DNA from: Octopus vulgaris
Taxonomy: Eukaryota
Assembly (NCBI GenBank): GCA_951406725.2
Contig: OX597814.1
Coordinates: 81,406,001-81,470,000 of the forward strand
Direction: 5' to 3'
Length of the DNA stretch: 64,000 nt
Both the position numbers and the translations under genes were made by a program. Under the pieces are notes generated by a model. The model saw nothing but the letters and a program-made list of their open reading frames with translations, did not search any database and was not told the origin of the DNA. This document shows, in pieces, positions 48,701 to 63,292 of this stretch (its first letter is position 1; every line of letters begins with the position of its first letter).

Positions 48701-50279
48701 ACACATATAAATATACATATATGCACACACATAGACACACATGTATACATATACATATACACACATATTCGCACTCATATGCAAATATATTTGTGAGCAT
48801 ATGTGTGCTTGTGGTTATATGCTAAGAAAATCCTAAAATATACCATTCTAGTTAAGATTTTGATGTTTTAAATTATAGAATATTCTGTGTTCACAGATTG
48901 TAATTAGTGAAATATCTCAATGTTATCTTTGATTTAATGCGAAAAAGCAATCTATATAACTCTAATTTGCTAAAACTTTGAAGATATGTAATATAAACAA
49001 ACAAGGTCAGCTGCTGTATAAAAAGAATAAGAAAAAGTGTGCATTATTATGCCATTTATGTCATAATAGAAACGTTTCAAAGGAGAAAAAGCTTCAACAT
49101 CTTTCTCTTTAAGTAAACCATATTTGTCTAAGTGATATATCAATGTTAAATACAACACTAATTGCATAACAATGCAACAGTCTTTGTCTGTCAGAAAACA
49201 ATTTAGTTTTTTTTTTACACCAAAGATTTAAAATTTATTGAGAACAATAAAAGCAAGAAGAAACTAAAGGTTGATGAGACCAAGTAATGTTTATTTTATT
49301 GTGAGTATTAGCAGTGTAAAAGAAATAAAGTAGACACAGTTAATAGTTGGGGACATAACCCAACATATTGATTTCTTACTGCAGTACCAGGGTGGCAATA
49401 ATGTAGGGAAGAAAGTGTTATAGTTGGTTGGATCCACTGTACTTGATAGCTATTATTTTATCACTTAACAGAAAGATGAAATATTAATTCCATCTGACTG
49501 GGAATTGAACTCAGAAAGTTGAAGGAGCTAAATAGGTATGCTTTAGCTTCTGTACTGAAAATTACAATGATTTCATTTATGTATTTTGTTTCATTCTTTG
49601 AGTGATAATTTGCTACACTACAATTATTTGTTTTCTGTAACAAAAGATTTTTATGCCTAACATGTTGCTAGTAAATTAGAATTGGGGCAAAATGAGCAGA
49701 ATATGAGGGAATAAAAACACATTGCACCATTTCATCCTATCCCTTTCAATTCTCAGGTCATATTCTGGAATAATCATCCCTTAAGGGCTTGCTAAAATAT
49801 GTATTAATCATGTAAGAGGTCAATTTAATCAATTATAACCTTTCTCAAAATGTAAAGCTTTGGGCCCATGTTAGACATTCATATATTGAAGACAGTGGTT
49901 AACTATGAAAGTAGATAACCACTGGTGTACTGGTGTTGAACCAACTGCAACATATTGCTTACAAACTTGGTGGATTGTACTATTGTTAGAGATTGTTTAT
50001 ATTAATGGATTTATATTCTGAGGTCAACATTGCTTTTCATCCTTCCAGTGTTGATAAAATAGGTACCAGTCAGGTAATGGGATCAATAAAATTGCAGGCT
50101 AGTAGAAAGAATACACTGGGCAACAAATAAAATTTATCATCTGCTACCCAGACCAATGGTTTCTCCTCTCAAATCTTCTTGATTAAACAAGCGTGGCTCA
50201 AAGTAAGTTTCACAAAAGCAAAAAATTTTGATTAGCAAAACAAAAACCCATCTCTACTGCAATTTGATAAGCAGCAATG

Positions 50280-50975
50280 GTCAAGATGCAGAAAAGGGAT
50301 AAGTAGGAATTCTATATGGTGTACCCAGTGTAAACAGGTAAGCAGAGAAAACTTCAAATGTAACAGCTACACTGAAGTAGTTAGCAGTAAGAGCCTCCTT
50401 GGAATGAGTTTTTGTTTTCAAATGTTTGGAAAACTTGTTGAGAATATTGGGTAGCTTCTGTTACCTAAATGCCCTAATTGACTGTGGAGATGAGTGTTAT
50501 AAAAGCATCATAGCAAAGCATCGAAGCAAGAATGGAGTAGAAAATTTCCAAGGAGAAGTTACTGTTGCTGACAACAAAAGAATTCCCTCTCTGTTGAGTA
50601 GCAGATTGTATGATGAAGTGCAATGTTGCACGGTAGAGCAACAAAGGCATTGGATATGGAGATTGGGAAGAAATGAAACAAGCACACTCCACTGGATGTG
50701 TAAAGTTAGTGTAATGCAGAAATGACAAAGCACAAATGAGAGAATAAAAAAATTATAAGCAAGACTGCATTGATATGGAGTTGTGATGTGTATGGAGAAT
50801 AATAGTTGAATAAAGAAAAGTAGAAAGGTGTAGATGAGAAACAGTGAGAAAGATATGAAGAGTCCCCACAAGAAGCTGAACATCCCAAAAGAGATAAGAG
50901 GACTGCAACAAATGGTGCAATTTTGTGCTGGAGAAGATATGTCTAACCTCTGCAAGCATGGAAAAATATCAATGT
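50280..50975 (+). mobile_element. RTE-like LINE, decayed
   Basis: LGSFCYLNALIDCGDECYKSIIAK..RLYD..RLGRNETSTLHWMC resembles the RTE RT C-terminal region. Confidence 0.6.
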
Positions 50976-52944
50976 GAAATGATGACTATGTGTATGCAGT
51001 GTATAAGCTGATAGATTTATGACCACAAAGGGCAAAATTCTTAGCAGCATTTTCTTTGGTTTTACATTCTATGTTCAAATTCCACTGAGGTCAGCTTCAT
51101 TTTTCATCCTCTTGGGGTCGATAAAATAAGTTCCAGCTGAACACTAAGGTTGCTGGCTTTGTATCATAATTTGAAATCAGTATGTATGTGTGAATGTATT
51201 GTACATATATGATGCAGAAATAAAATATGAGATTTGAATGTGTATGTATGCATGTATACATGTATGGTTGTATGCGCATGTGCACACACACACATATACA
51301 TAAATGTATGTAAGTGTAAAGGTTTCTTTCTATAATTCTCTGTTACTTTTATACTGTTCATTCCAAATACTTCAATCTCCCTGTCCCAGTTTCAATTTTT
51401 TTCTTTCATTTTCCATATTTTAATACAGAATAATTTTACAGCTCTCTGTTTATATAATTTCTTTTCTTTATATATATATGTGTGTGTGTGGTGGGTTATT
51501 TTCTTTAGTATTTATTGTAAATTTATTCCTGTTTTTTTTTTCCTTTAAGTGAATTAGGGAAAATGAACAGATGATTTTTGAGACTATTTCATTTCATTCC
51601 ATCTAGTTTAATTCTATTAAAATCATTTTTAAGTGATGTAAATTACTGACATTTATTTATATACTTTTTATGTTTTTATTTTTTCTTACATATTTTCTTA
51701 AGTGTTTTCCTTATATTTCCTCTTAAATTTCTTTTATTCTGATCTGATCTTTCATACTTCATAGTGTTGAAACCTTTCTTCTTTTCTTGTGTGTATGCAT
51801 ATAAGCTGGTGGCTGGAGATTTTATTTTCTTGTTTCTAAACCCTATCTTGAAAGCTGCTGAATTAATTGCCCCATTAAAAGACTTCTTATGGTTAAGATG
51901 AGCAGATGCGCCAATAAAGTGATGATTTCTCATGTTAGCACAAAGCTACAACTATAAAAGTGTAAGTTAAATTTGGTATAGTCAATTCAGTTGGTTTCCA
52001 GTACATAACTGGTCATTAGAGCATCAGAAAGACTCTGCTGCTGTATTTGTTCCAGCCTTCTGTGCTCCAAGTTCAAATTCTGTTGAAGTCAATGTTTTCT
52101 CTCATTCTTTTGGGGATTGGCAAATTAGCAGAAATGTTAGAGCATTGGACTTAATATATCTCGCAGTATTTATTCCAGTATTTTGCATTCTGAATTAAAT
52201 TCCTATCAAGGTCAATCTTACCTTTCAACCCATTATTGCCAATCAAACTACCTGTTTGAACTGACAGTTTGCTTGCATTGTTTGTTTCAACTCCTTGCAT
52301 TCTGAGTTCAAATTCTGTTATTTGGGTGCTAAACTTAATTTATCACCCAACTTACCACCACCACCTTGCCCTTGGGTGCAATTATCAGAGTCCATTATGT
52401 TGAAAGTATTTGGATCAGGTTTCTGGTGTGATAATACCTTCCTCCTTCTCGTACACCAGTCTCAGAGACCCTAAAAAGGGTGATGGATACAGTGTTCCCA
52501 TCACTCCAACCAGGTAATAAAAAATAAATCAAGTACCAGTCAAAACTTGGGGTTAATTCTTTCTTCTTTTTATTCTTCATGCCATCTCTGACTCACTCAG
52601 TGCTGTAAGAGACAAATTGGTGTTTATTATATCAGAAATGATAACTTACTGACAGTTAAATATCTCTAGAGAGCTCAGAAAACACATACTCATTCTCTCT
52701 CTCCCTCTCTCAGAATTGATGGTTGTAAACGATAACATGACTAATGCTTTTCTTTTTCACTCTCTCTCTCTTTCTCTCTCTCTCTCTCTTATCACTTATA
52801 CTAACACAATTAATATGTGTTCCAGGAACTGAAGACTTTCAAAGTTAGAAATTAACTGAACATTCATAGAACTTCCTAAGGTAACAACTGAGATCTATGG
52901 ATTGGAAATTTAGAAAAAAAAATGCAAGATACTCGACAATCTAA

Positions 52945-53080
52945 GCTAAATTATATTAATGCAAAATTAAATAGCATTAAATTAAATTTTATTGCTACAA
53001 AATCAAATAGCATTAAATTCACTTCTATTAATACCAAATTATATAGCATTAAATTAAATTTTATTAATACAAAATTTAAT
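52945..53080. repeat. 36-bp AT-rich tandem repeat (~4 units)
   Basis: atagcattaaatt recurs at 52971, 53007 and 53043. Confidence 0.8.
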
Positions 53081-54279
53081 AAATCAAACTGTTTGCTCCA
53101 CCTTAATAAACACATTTGGGTAAATTTTTGTTTATAGTAATACAAACATTAATAATTCTGCTGTAATGGAGTAAAAATTATAATGAGAAACAGTTATATG
53201 AAAGCACATGACTTGGTGGTTTATCAACTAGGTTCTCAGTGTAAAGTCATGGGTTTGATTCCTGGTCCAAGAAGTTTGTTATTCTCTTGAGCAAGGCACT
53301 TTACTATATACATTACTCCAGTCCATTCAGCAGGTAAAAATTAGTATTAAGACTTAACTGAGTACATGGTCGGTCAAATTAATGTCGCAGTATTAAAGAG
53401 TTAATAGTACAACCAAAAGCCTTCAGACACGAAGAAGGATACATCCAGTGGACCAGTGGACTGCTATTGCTTATCTTTACACTTGTTACCTACTCCACCG
53501 TTTTTCATAATGAAATAGTCCAATAATTCCCAACATTTCTATGACTTTGTCACCCTATCTCCCTATACTTAAGGTACGCAACACCCATCATCAATATCAT
53601 TACTATTTAATGTCCATTTTCCATGCTGGCATGGGTTGAATGGTTGGAAAGCAACTGATGAGCCAGAGGACTGGTGCCAAGCTCTACTGTCTATTTTGGT
53701 ATGGTTTCAATGGCTGGATGCCCTTCCAAATGCCAACCACTTTACAGAATATAACTGGGTACTTTTTATGGGGCACCAGTGAAAGGTCACTAAGTAACTT
53801 GCAAGACAAAAGACCTCGCAACTGAGAAGGAGAGTGGTGTTAAGTGAGGTGACTTTTTGCCAGATCTTGAGAGGTTTAAGTATGATAGAGAGACAGAAAC
53901 AGGTGTCTTGCAGTAGAGGAGATAGATGGTAACTTCAGATGGAAAAAAGAGAGAAGAGAGAGAGATGATGATGAAGAAGATATATCAGGGTGAAAAAATA
54001 TAGCCTTCTGAAAAGAACTTGCTGGCAATCTCAATCTATGACACTCTAGGGTGTCACAACACATTGTTTAAAAACCACTGAAAAAGTTTTTGAGTCTGAA
54101 ACTAGAATTAATTGGACACCATCCATCAACCTTAATTCAAACTAATGGGAGAGTCAGTATGTTTTTGCTTGACTTGTAAGAAATAGTAGCCAAATTTTAT
54201 CATTCCATCTTAAGTATGGAAGAATACATTTGCTCCTAAATACATTGGAAAAAATGACAGGTTGGTAATAGGTGGAGTT

Positions 54280-54485
54280 TTATTGGTGTCTGTGTTTTCC
54301 CCACTTGACAACCAGTGTTGGTGTGTTTATTTCCCTGTAACTTAGCAGTTCAGCAAAAGAGACCAATAGAATAAGTACCTGGCGTAAAAAAGAGAAGTTC
54401 CAGAGTTGATTTGTCCAACTAGAAAACCTTTCAAGGTGGTGCTCCAGCATGGCCACAGTCAAATGACTGAAATAAGTAAAAGAAA
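54280..54485 (+). mobile_element. SINE family A 3' part, CpG-decayed
   Basis: cagcaaaagagaccaatagaataagtac..ggtggtgctccagcatggccacagtcaaatgactgaaa. Confidence 0.75.
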
Positions 54486-57400
54486 GTCTGCATGAAAAAT
54501 GCTTTAAGCAATGGTAAGCTAAAAGCCTTCCACAAACAATAAAACTTTGCTAACCTCTGTTATTAAGTAACTCCTGTGAGAAAAAAGGACTTTGGAAACT
54601 GTGAAAAGTATATTATTTGGTAGTATAGTTTCACTTTAAGATTACACTATTTAGTACATTCTGTTCCAGGAATAACAAAAGATTGAATTTTCCATTCAAA
54701 GACAAGTAAGTCAAGCTATGACCATGTTGCTGTCTATTTTGACCAAGATTGGCCTTCCTAGATAATGTAGCAATAGTGGTTTGGGGTGCTGACCTGGGTT
54801 AAACAGCTGCAACAAACATTCACTTTCTTGAAATGTTAATTATTTCTTATAAAAGAACAAGATCATTAATTTGTTACAAGAATACAAGTCATATTATCAA
54901 CTCCTGGAATGGTGAAAGGCAAAGGTAAGATTTGAACTCAGAATGTAAAGAACCAGAACTAACAAGAGAAGGCATTTTGTCTGCTACTCTAATGATTCTG
55001 CTAATACACCACCTTCTGTTGGTGATGGATTCAGAGCTTAAGGTTAATTCTTTGTAAATCTTCAACTAGTTTTATTTTTGGTACTATTTTTGGTGCATCA
55101 ATCTCATTGGGTATTGTAAACACCTGAATATACCATAATTTCTCTGGCTTCTTAGATTTAGATTCTTGTGCTTATCGATCTGCTCTTTTCCTTTCAAGCT
55201 AGTTCTATAATAACAGAGAATGGCAAAATCAATTAACTGGCATGTATTCATTTTGTTATCAATTAGTATCAAATCTGGCCAACATATTTCATTAGTATCA
55301 TCTGACTACATTGAAAAATACAACGTAAATTTACTATGGACATTGTCCATTATCGTATTTTATTGATGTTCATATCACTTCTCATTCGCTTTCATATCAT
55401 ACTTGTTAGACATTTCTCAGTGAATTTCCACTACCACCATCTGTCTCATTGTCATTATCATCATTATGATCACTCTTCCTTTCTCTGTTACTGCTTTAAA
55501 ACTATCTTGAAGAACACTACCATTGTAACCGCTGCCCTCTCTCATACATACTCACAAAATTCTCTTCCTTTGCTACATTTCACTCTGACATTCTTAATGG
55601 TCAATCAAAACTATTTCTTTAACTAAATCCATTGTTTCCTTTTCATCATGCCATCCAGCTTTGTACCTCTGATTACCCATCTTTCTGTTGGAACCAAATA
55701 TCAAAGAACTGTCTTAGTAAAAACAACTTATCGAATGGCCCTGTCTGAATCGCAAAAGAAAAGATCAGTACAGAGCAAAAGGGCTTTCAGACAAGTAAGA
55801 CAACCACTCCAGTGCTGGTGCAATTATAAAACATATAAGTACATTCAAGGTAACAATAAAACACCATGAGCCTTTCAGCCTGTTAGAAATAGCAGACGAG
55901 TCTCCCTAAAACTGCACTTCAATGACTTAGAATATGTTATATTAGATGATGTAGTCAAGAGTACCCTATACTTTGAAAAAGAAAACACTAGATGTTCACA
56001 GCTAGAATATCATTGACCAAAGATTTGATTGGATAGAAGTAACACGAAATTAAACAACAGTAACAATAACCACAATATCTTTTGGCAGTGGGAGTTAATA
56101 GGCTGCCCACTTTAACATCACTTGTTGACTCCGGAGGGTTTTAGTAGAGTCTTTTCAAACAAGTCTAGGGATAAATTGATATTTTGATGCACTGAATCCT
56201 ATCATAACTTCCATAATGTAGTGCTAATGTTTTTCAGATGATACAAGTGACAAACTAGAGACAGCCTGCCTCCAAATGAAACAGGAGCCTGACCCCATGG
56301 GTAAGAGTATCTTCTGTTTCTACCACAATGTGAATCCTTCCATTATCTTTCATATTGCATCAAATAATTTCACTTCACCTCACTCTGAAGAAATCTTCCT
56401 TGACAACTTCAATGTCCACAAATTACTGTGTCTGTAACAATTAGTATTACGATATACTCTCATCCTTGATCAACTCACAGACACTCTAAACCCTTTTGAG
56501 CCCATTTTCACCAACAAACCCAACCTATACCACAGGATTGTAGAGATGTATGGAAGAGACAGTTCATGGAGGAATAATGGAAAAGAAGCAGTAATGGCAA
56601 TGAACTAATGTGGGAAAAGCAGTGAGGCAGTTATATGCTTCCTAGTTTTTAAAGAGAATCATGAATAATTGTAGAGATGGTCAATAATAAGGGAGCAAAA
56701 GATATTGAGTAACCTGTGAAAAGAGTGACGGCTAGTAGTGCAAAAGGATAATGGATGCTGGTACAAATGTGAGAGGGAGCAAATGAGTGAGGGTCATAGA
56801 GACAGGCTAGATGATGGTAATAGAATGAGAGATGTCAATAATGAGTGACCTGGAGAGGAAGAGGATTAACAGCTAGCAAGACACAAGTGTAGTGATGGGG
56901 TGGTATATTGGAATTAATATAATCTCTTGTTACATAGACATCAAGATAGAAAAGAGAGAGAGAGAGGATTAGTGATATGAATGGTGGCATGAAGTTGATT
57001 GAATAAAAACACATTTACTACCATCCCTTATGTGATGTGGCATAATGAATAAGATAAAGTGATAAAGATGAGAGGGTGCCAAGAAGGTAGGGAGAAGATA
57101 AGCAGATGAAAACTGTAGGAAGTTAATGTGTGAGATACTTAAATGTAGATGTATGACCCAGTCTCTATGATATCAGCTACTTCAGTGTATTTTCTCCATA
57201 TGAGTCTAGGTATGCAGATTACCTATAGCACCAGCTTTCACAATCATTGCAATCCTTTGTCATCTCTTTCCTTTGAGGTCAGTCATCACAATTTCATCCC
57301 AAGTCTTCCTAGTCCTTCCTCTTCCACAAAGTCCAGCTATTTTGACTGATCAGCTCTTCTTTAAGCTGCTGTCATTCTCCAAATGTATCATATGTTTGTA

Positions 57401-58879
57401 CCAGCACAGCCTTCTCTCTTGTACACTGCATTTGCTTTCTTTTAGACACAGTTCCTGTCATTTCCATTATATTTTGTCAATCATACTCACTAGCATTACA
57501 CACCCAGCAGAGTATGCTCACTTCATTTCATTTTAGTCTTCACAAATACCCTGCATCCAAAGTCCATGTCACTCTATCCTTCAGCATTATACTACATACA
57601 CAAGCATTATTCTACCCACTCTTCACTCTAAGCTGAAGTTGATTTCTCATTAGCCAGGGGCATGCAGGGATCTGTTCTGCTGTTGGGCTGTCTGGTTTCT
57701 CCTGGTCAGTATCATAACAGGTTGAAGATTCTCCTGAGCAGGTTGTTGGTCCTCCATAGAGTAGTCAGATGATGAGGCTGCTGTCTTGGTGATGAGCCAG
57801 TGCACCATGGGTTACCATTAGTCTGGAACCTCCCCAGGAGACTGGCCCACCAAGGGTAGCCCTGCCAGGAGCAAAGTTCCAGACAGTAATGCTCTCTCAG
57901 CTCTATGGAACATACAAGCCCCCTCACTATGAGGGGATCATCCTACCAAGCCTTTACTCTCATTCAACTCAGTAACTGCAGGCTGGAAGAGGTCTCATGG
58001 CAAGCCCCACACCAGATGGCTGGACATGATTATTGAAGATTCCCAGAGGCTTGACCTGACCTTGGAGGATGCAGAGGGGCTGACACAGAACTGTCAGCAA
58101 TGGAGAGCACTGGAGATCCTGGTCAACTTTAATCATGACAACATCTCTGAGACCACTAACCTGGAATGACCCCAGCCACATCAATCAAGAACATGAAGTA
58201 GTAAGCAGCTTCACTCTAAGAGAGAAACTCTTTGTTACAAACAGAGGAAACAGGTCCCTAAACTTTCTTCATCCTCTTTTTTTCTATGATTACCAGGCTT
58301 TCATTAAATCTACCTCTACTGCTGATTACATCATTGAAGTAACAAAAGCAATCAGCTAGTTCAAGTGAATATTTATCTCACACATATACTTTCTCTCTCT
58401 CCTCTCTCTCCCCTCTCTCCCCCCTCTCTCTCCTCTCCCCTTCTCCCCCTCTCTCTCTCTCTCTCTTGCATGCATGGACACATATTTGTTCTAATTAGAG
58501 ATAATTTTGCAAATGCATTTCATAAATATAGAAAAATGGAAAGCTGAAATGCAACTATTTTGGGCTCAGCCTATCTATCAGGTTGCTCAAAAATTGATTG
58601 AGAAGATGCCAAATGGTTAACCTTCTGTCTATAATAAAAAGAAGAAAAAGCACTTCACATTTAAACAGGACTGACTGAAAACATATAATTAGAAATTTTA
58701 TTATTAATTGATTAGGAATTAGAAACTAGCGCTTATACACAACATATTTTCTAACTTTAAATTAATCAGTTGCTATAAACTACACTAACTCTTCAAAGAC
58801 TTATTTTTATTGAAAATCTATAGAATGCAATAGTTTGTTGGATTCTGTCTTATGCTATGCCATTTCACCAGTGATCCCT

Positions 58880-59190
58880 CACTCTCAAAACATTGAAAAC
58901 ATTGTTGTATTTGACATCAAGCAAAGCATTTGACTGTCTGGTACATGAATCATCTGGAAAAACTACTTAACTATGGATCCCATCCATCTCTTGTATCTTG
59001 ACTTTGTATCTTGACTTGATGACTTCTGTTCAGATTACACCATCATAGTGTGTGCAGATGGAGCTCCCCATCTGATCTATATTCTTTCATCTCTGTTGTA
59101 CTCAAAGGTTCAGATTTGTCCCTGAAACTTGTTCCTTTCTACATCAATAACTATTTGCCAACATGCCCAACAACACCCACTCCTGTACAT
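58880..59190 (+). mobile_element. Old CR1/L2-group LINE RT remnant
   Basis: tttgacatca..aaagcatttgac (DxxKAFD) and caaaggttcagatttgtccc..ttctacatcaat (QGSxLSP..FYIN). A possible endonuclease remnant DNFNVH lies near 56400. Confidence 0.5.
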
Positions 59191-59389
59191 TGATTTACCA
59201 AAGCTGTGTGTGTTTAGTTTGGTGTATGTGTGTATATATATATATATAGATAGATAGACAGACAGACAGATAGATTGATAATGTGTATATACACCTCATA
59301 CATAATTATTTATATTTGATTCAGCTCCTTGTGGCCTAAAGTTTCACAGGCCTCTGACAGAAGCTCATCTTTTTCAGACTTTAGATTAC

Positions 59390-59442
<53 letters not shown>

Positions 59443-59929
59443 TACACATCATTCATTTCTTCATCTAACATCTGTTTTCTCCATCTTAGTAAGAGTTAGC
59501 TAGCAGGACATTTGAAACTGAATGCTCTTCCTCACACCAATCCTTACTTGTTTTTTCAAATAAGGACATTTTAATTTAAGAGGAATTCAAAAGTGTAGAA
59601 CTAGCAGATGATTTGTTAAAGAAGAGGTGTCAGCAAATGTCATTGGTTGAAGCCCAGCCACAAATGGTAACGTCAGCTCTTGTAGCTCGGCTACAAAAAA
59701 GTAACATCACCATCTATAGCATAGTTCACCACAGATTATAAACAGATGTAGATACACTCATAGAACAAGTTTCTTTCAGTTGACCAAGTTAGCTCACTAG
59801 GCATTCATTGGTCCGGGGCTATAGTAGAAGCTACTTGCCCATGATATCATGTAATAGGACTAAACTCAAAGCCATGTGGTCAAGAAGAAAACTTTTAAAC
59901 CACATTGCCATGCCTATACATATATGCTG

Positions 59930-60772
59930 GCTGTGGACAAATGTACCACCATGCATTTTGGGAGGAAAAACCCAGCGTCTCTTTACTCCCTCCACAATAC
60001 TAATCTCAAAAAGTCATCTTGTGAACGTGACGTGGGTATTATTGTCGACAGCGATTTGCGTTGGACAAAACACATTGTTAAAATTGCCAAGAAGGCTGAG
60101 GGTGTCTTGGCATCACTCACCAAGTCCTTTGTGAGCCGCTCTCCGGCTATCTATCTGCAGCTTTATATAGCTATGGTGTGGCCTCACCTGGAATTTGCAT
60201 CACCGGTCTGGAATGCCTATTTTGCCCAGGATATTAATCATCTGGAAGTTGTTCAGCGATGTGCAACCAAGAGAATACCCTCCATCAAGCATTTGCCATA
60301 TTCTGAATGCTTTACTTCCCTGGGCATGGATACATTGAAACTCCGACGTCTGGCAGCTGACCTGGCAGACACCCATAAAATTATTAACCATCTTACAAAC
60401 AATAACTCTGAGCACCTTTTCAAATTTCACCTGTCTAACACCCATGGACATGTTTACAAAGTCAGAAAACAGCACAGCTCCCATGACTTTCAGAAAAATT
60501 TTTTCATGCTAAGAGTTGCTGAAGAATGGAACAAACTGCCAGCATCAGTTGTTAGTTGTTGGAGCACTGCATCCTTTAAAACTTCCATGCTTCTTGAGAT
60601 TTGCCAACACTACACCTGATTTTCTCCCCTCCATACACATGCAAGCATGTATCTGACTCATACACTGTTCACTTTCCAGACATTTGTACATTACTGCAAA
60701 TGCTTCATATGCACTTTTGACAAGTTGTAGTGCACCTGAGCACTGTATACAATAACTTCATTATTATTATTA
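59930..60772 (+). mobile_element. CR1-clade LINE, 5'-truncated 3' end
   Basis: ORF 59876-60619: ERDVGIIVDSDLRW..MVWPHLEFASPVWN..LEVVQRCATKRIP..RVAEEWNKLP; 3' UTR ends in (ATT)n. Confidence 0.9.
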
Positions 60773-60992
60773 TATATGTGTGTATGCATTTATATATGTG
60801 TGTCTGTGTGTTATCATTATCCTCATTGTTTTAACATCCACTTTTTCATGCTCAAATTGCTCAGATGGAATTTGTTGAGGTGGATTTTCTATGACCAGAA
60901 TTATCTTCATGGGAGATTGGAAACAAAGGATACCACTTAAATAACAATGATACACATGTACATGCACACTCAGACACACACACACACACACA

Positions 60993-61210
60993 TGAAGGAG
61001 TGTTGAAAAGTTCCTGGCTTTAAGAGTATCACAAAAAAACCTGGTTGGAGGCCCAACCTTCTGAGTTCTTTTACAGGGTTTAGAAAAACTGAAGGACTGC
61101 TGCAATAAGCGTGTGAATCTGAGAGGGGAATATGTTGAATAAAATAATAATTAACTGATCCTCTTCTATTTTCTTTTATCCAAAGCTAGGAACTTTCAAC
61201 ACCCCCTTAT
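60993..61210. mobile_element. Mariner-type MITE
   Basis: TIRs gaaggagtgttgaaaagttcctggcttt / aaagctaggaactttcaacaccccctta. Confidence 0.65.
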
Positions 61211-61352
61211 ACATACATACATACACACACATGCACTTGCACACACACACACACACACACACGCATACATACATACATACATACATACATACATACATAC
61301 ATACATACATACATACATACATACATACATACATACATACATACATACATGC
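61210..61352. repeat. (CA)n/(CATA)n microsatellite
   Basis: Read directly. Confidence 0.9.
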
Positions 61353-62619
61353 ATACACACATGCATATAAACAAAAATACCCTGTTGTTGGTGCTGAAAT
61401 TTCAATGAAGGAGTCTTGAATCTATGTTAGAAACCAGTTCTTTACTGAATAATGACATACATGCATATACAGTTTCTATCTACCAAATCCATTCACAAGG
61501 CTTTGGTCAACCCAGGGCTATAGAAGACACTTGTATTTATATGTGTATCCCTCACTGATGTATATTGATAAAAGATTTAAACATCAGTGAAAAAAAAACT
61601 TTGAAATAGAATTACTTCATTTTATATCTGTTCCCTCATCATCAGGAATTCTCTGAATCAATGATTGACCCATCAGAAACCTGTAACCAATAATGCAATC
61701 CTTGGTTACAAATTGCAGTATAAAATAAATATTTCTTTATCTTGTTTGCCAACCAAAATGATAAAAGTCAGTTACTTATGTAATTGAGTCTTTCTTCCTT
61801 GCTACCGTCATGTCAACAAATGACTACTGATCATTCCATTGACAAGTGCCATATGTTTGTCATAGAAGTTTGATATGAAAACTCAAAGGGAGTTCCTTCA
61901 GGTATGTTCTCCTTACAAGATAGCCATCTTGTTGGTTGTAGCTACTTCTGAGAAAATGAGAGAAAAAGAAGAAAAAGAAATCAAACTTGATACCTGATTG
62001 GTACTTTCTTTATTGACCCTCAAAAGAATGAAAGGTAAAGTTGACATTATGAGATTTGAATTCAGAGCACAGAGAACCAGAACAAATACTGCCATACTAA
62101 CAACACTAGCTACCTCTCAAGAATAATGGAAGTCTATGATGACACTGGATTCAAAGCTTGGATTATAAAAGCAAAATAATTCTTTCTAATTTTGGCACAA
62201 GGCCAAGCAATGTAAGCTGATTCCATTAACCCTGTACTTGATTGATACTTCATTTTTATTAACCCTGAAAGGATGAAAAGCAAAATTGACCTCATTAAGA
62301 TTTGAACTCAAAATGTAATGCATTAAAACACATGCCTCTAAGCATTTTGTCTGGTGTGGTAATGATCCTACCATCTTGCTGCCTTATTATAGTTAAATTA
62401 TAAAAGACACTCAGATAGCTCTTTACCATCACTGCCATTATTTCAGTTTGAAACCATCATCATCATCATTGCCATTTTTATGCAGTGGTGTTGCATTATT
62501 CTATGCAGCATTACTTACTGATACACTTACTGATGCTCTTCTTGTCACCAATTTTATTTGTTCAAGAAAGGTACTTCTTTATTCAACTTGTGTTCTCATA
62601 TTGAAGCTACTGAGCTATA

Positions 62620-62970
62620 TTTTATCTTTCAACTGTTTCAGTCATTGGACTGTTGCTATGCTGGGGCACTTCTTCAAAAGGTTTTGTCAAACAAATCAAC
62701 CCCAGTACTTTTTTCCTAAGTTTGACACTTATTCTATCAGTCTCTTTTCCCAATCCACTAAGTTACATAAACAAACCAGCACCGGTTGCCAAGTGGGGGG
62801 CAGGGAACATATACAGTCAGACAGGTATATACACACATGTATTATGGGCTTCCACACAGTTTTCTTTCTACCAAATTCACTCCCAAGGCATTGTTCAGCC
62901 AAAGCTATAGTAGAAAACACTTTTCCAAGGCATGACACAGTGGTATTGAACCTAAAACCATGTGGTTGTT
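62620..62970 (-). mobile_element. SINE family A, CpG-decayed
   Basis: tgtttcagtcattggactg..atgctggggcac..ctaccaaattcac..gctatagtagaaaacac..aaccatgtggtt. Confidence 0.7.
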
Positions 62971-63104
62971 ATCATTTACTGAAGATGTAAAGAAATGTCT
63001 CTCTTATTCAGAGTTATGTGTAAACAAGCACACACACACACAATAGTTTGATTCAACTCTACATTACTTAGTTTTGTGAATGTAAAACATGTCTGGGTTA
63101 TTAA

Positions 63105-63292
63105 ATATTGATTTCAAATTTTGGCACAAGGAGGGAAGTCAATCACATCAACCTCAGTGTTCAACTGGTACTTATTTTATTGACCCTGAAAGGATGAAAG
63201 GCAAAGTCTACCTCCACAGAAATTGAGCTCAGACAAAATGCTGTTAAGCATTTCAACCAGTGTGCAAATAATTCAGCCAACTTGCCACCTTA
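63105..63292 (-). mobile_element. SINE family B, CpG-decayed (similar copies near 51.1, 52.1, 54.9, 62.0 and 62.3 kb)
   Basis: ctggtacttattttattgaccctgaaaggatgaaaggcaaagtc..aacttgccacctt. Confidence 0.8.

Noticed and set aside
55660-55795. Possible coding exon (ccag|...|gtaaga)
   Set aside because: Plausible splice sites exist on both strands, but the peptide is unrecognisable and cannot be supported.
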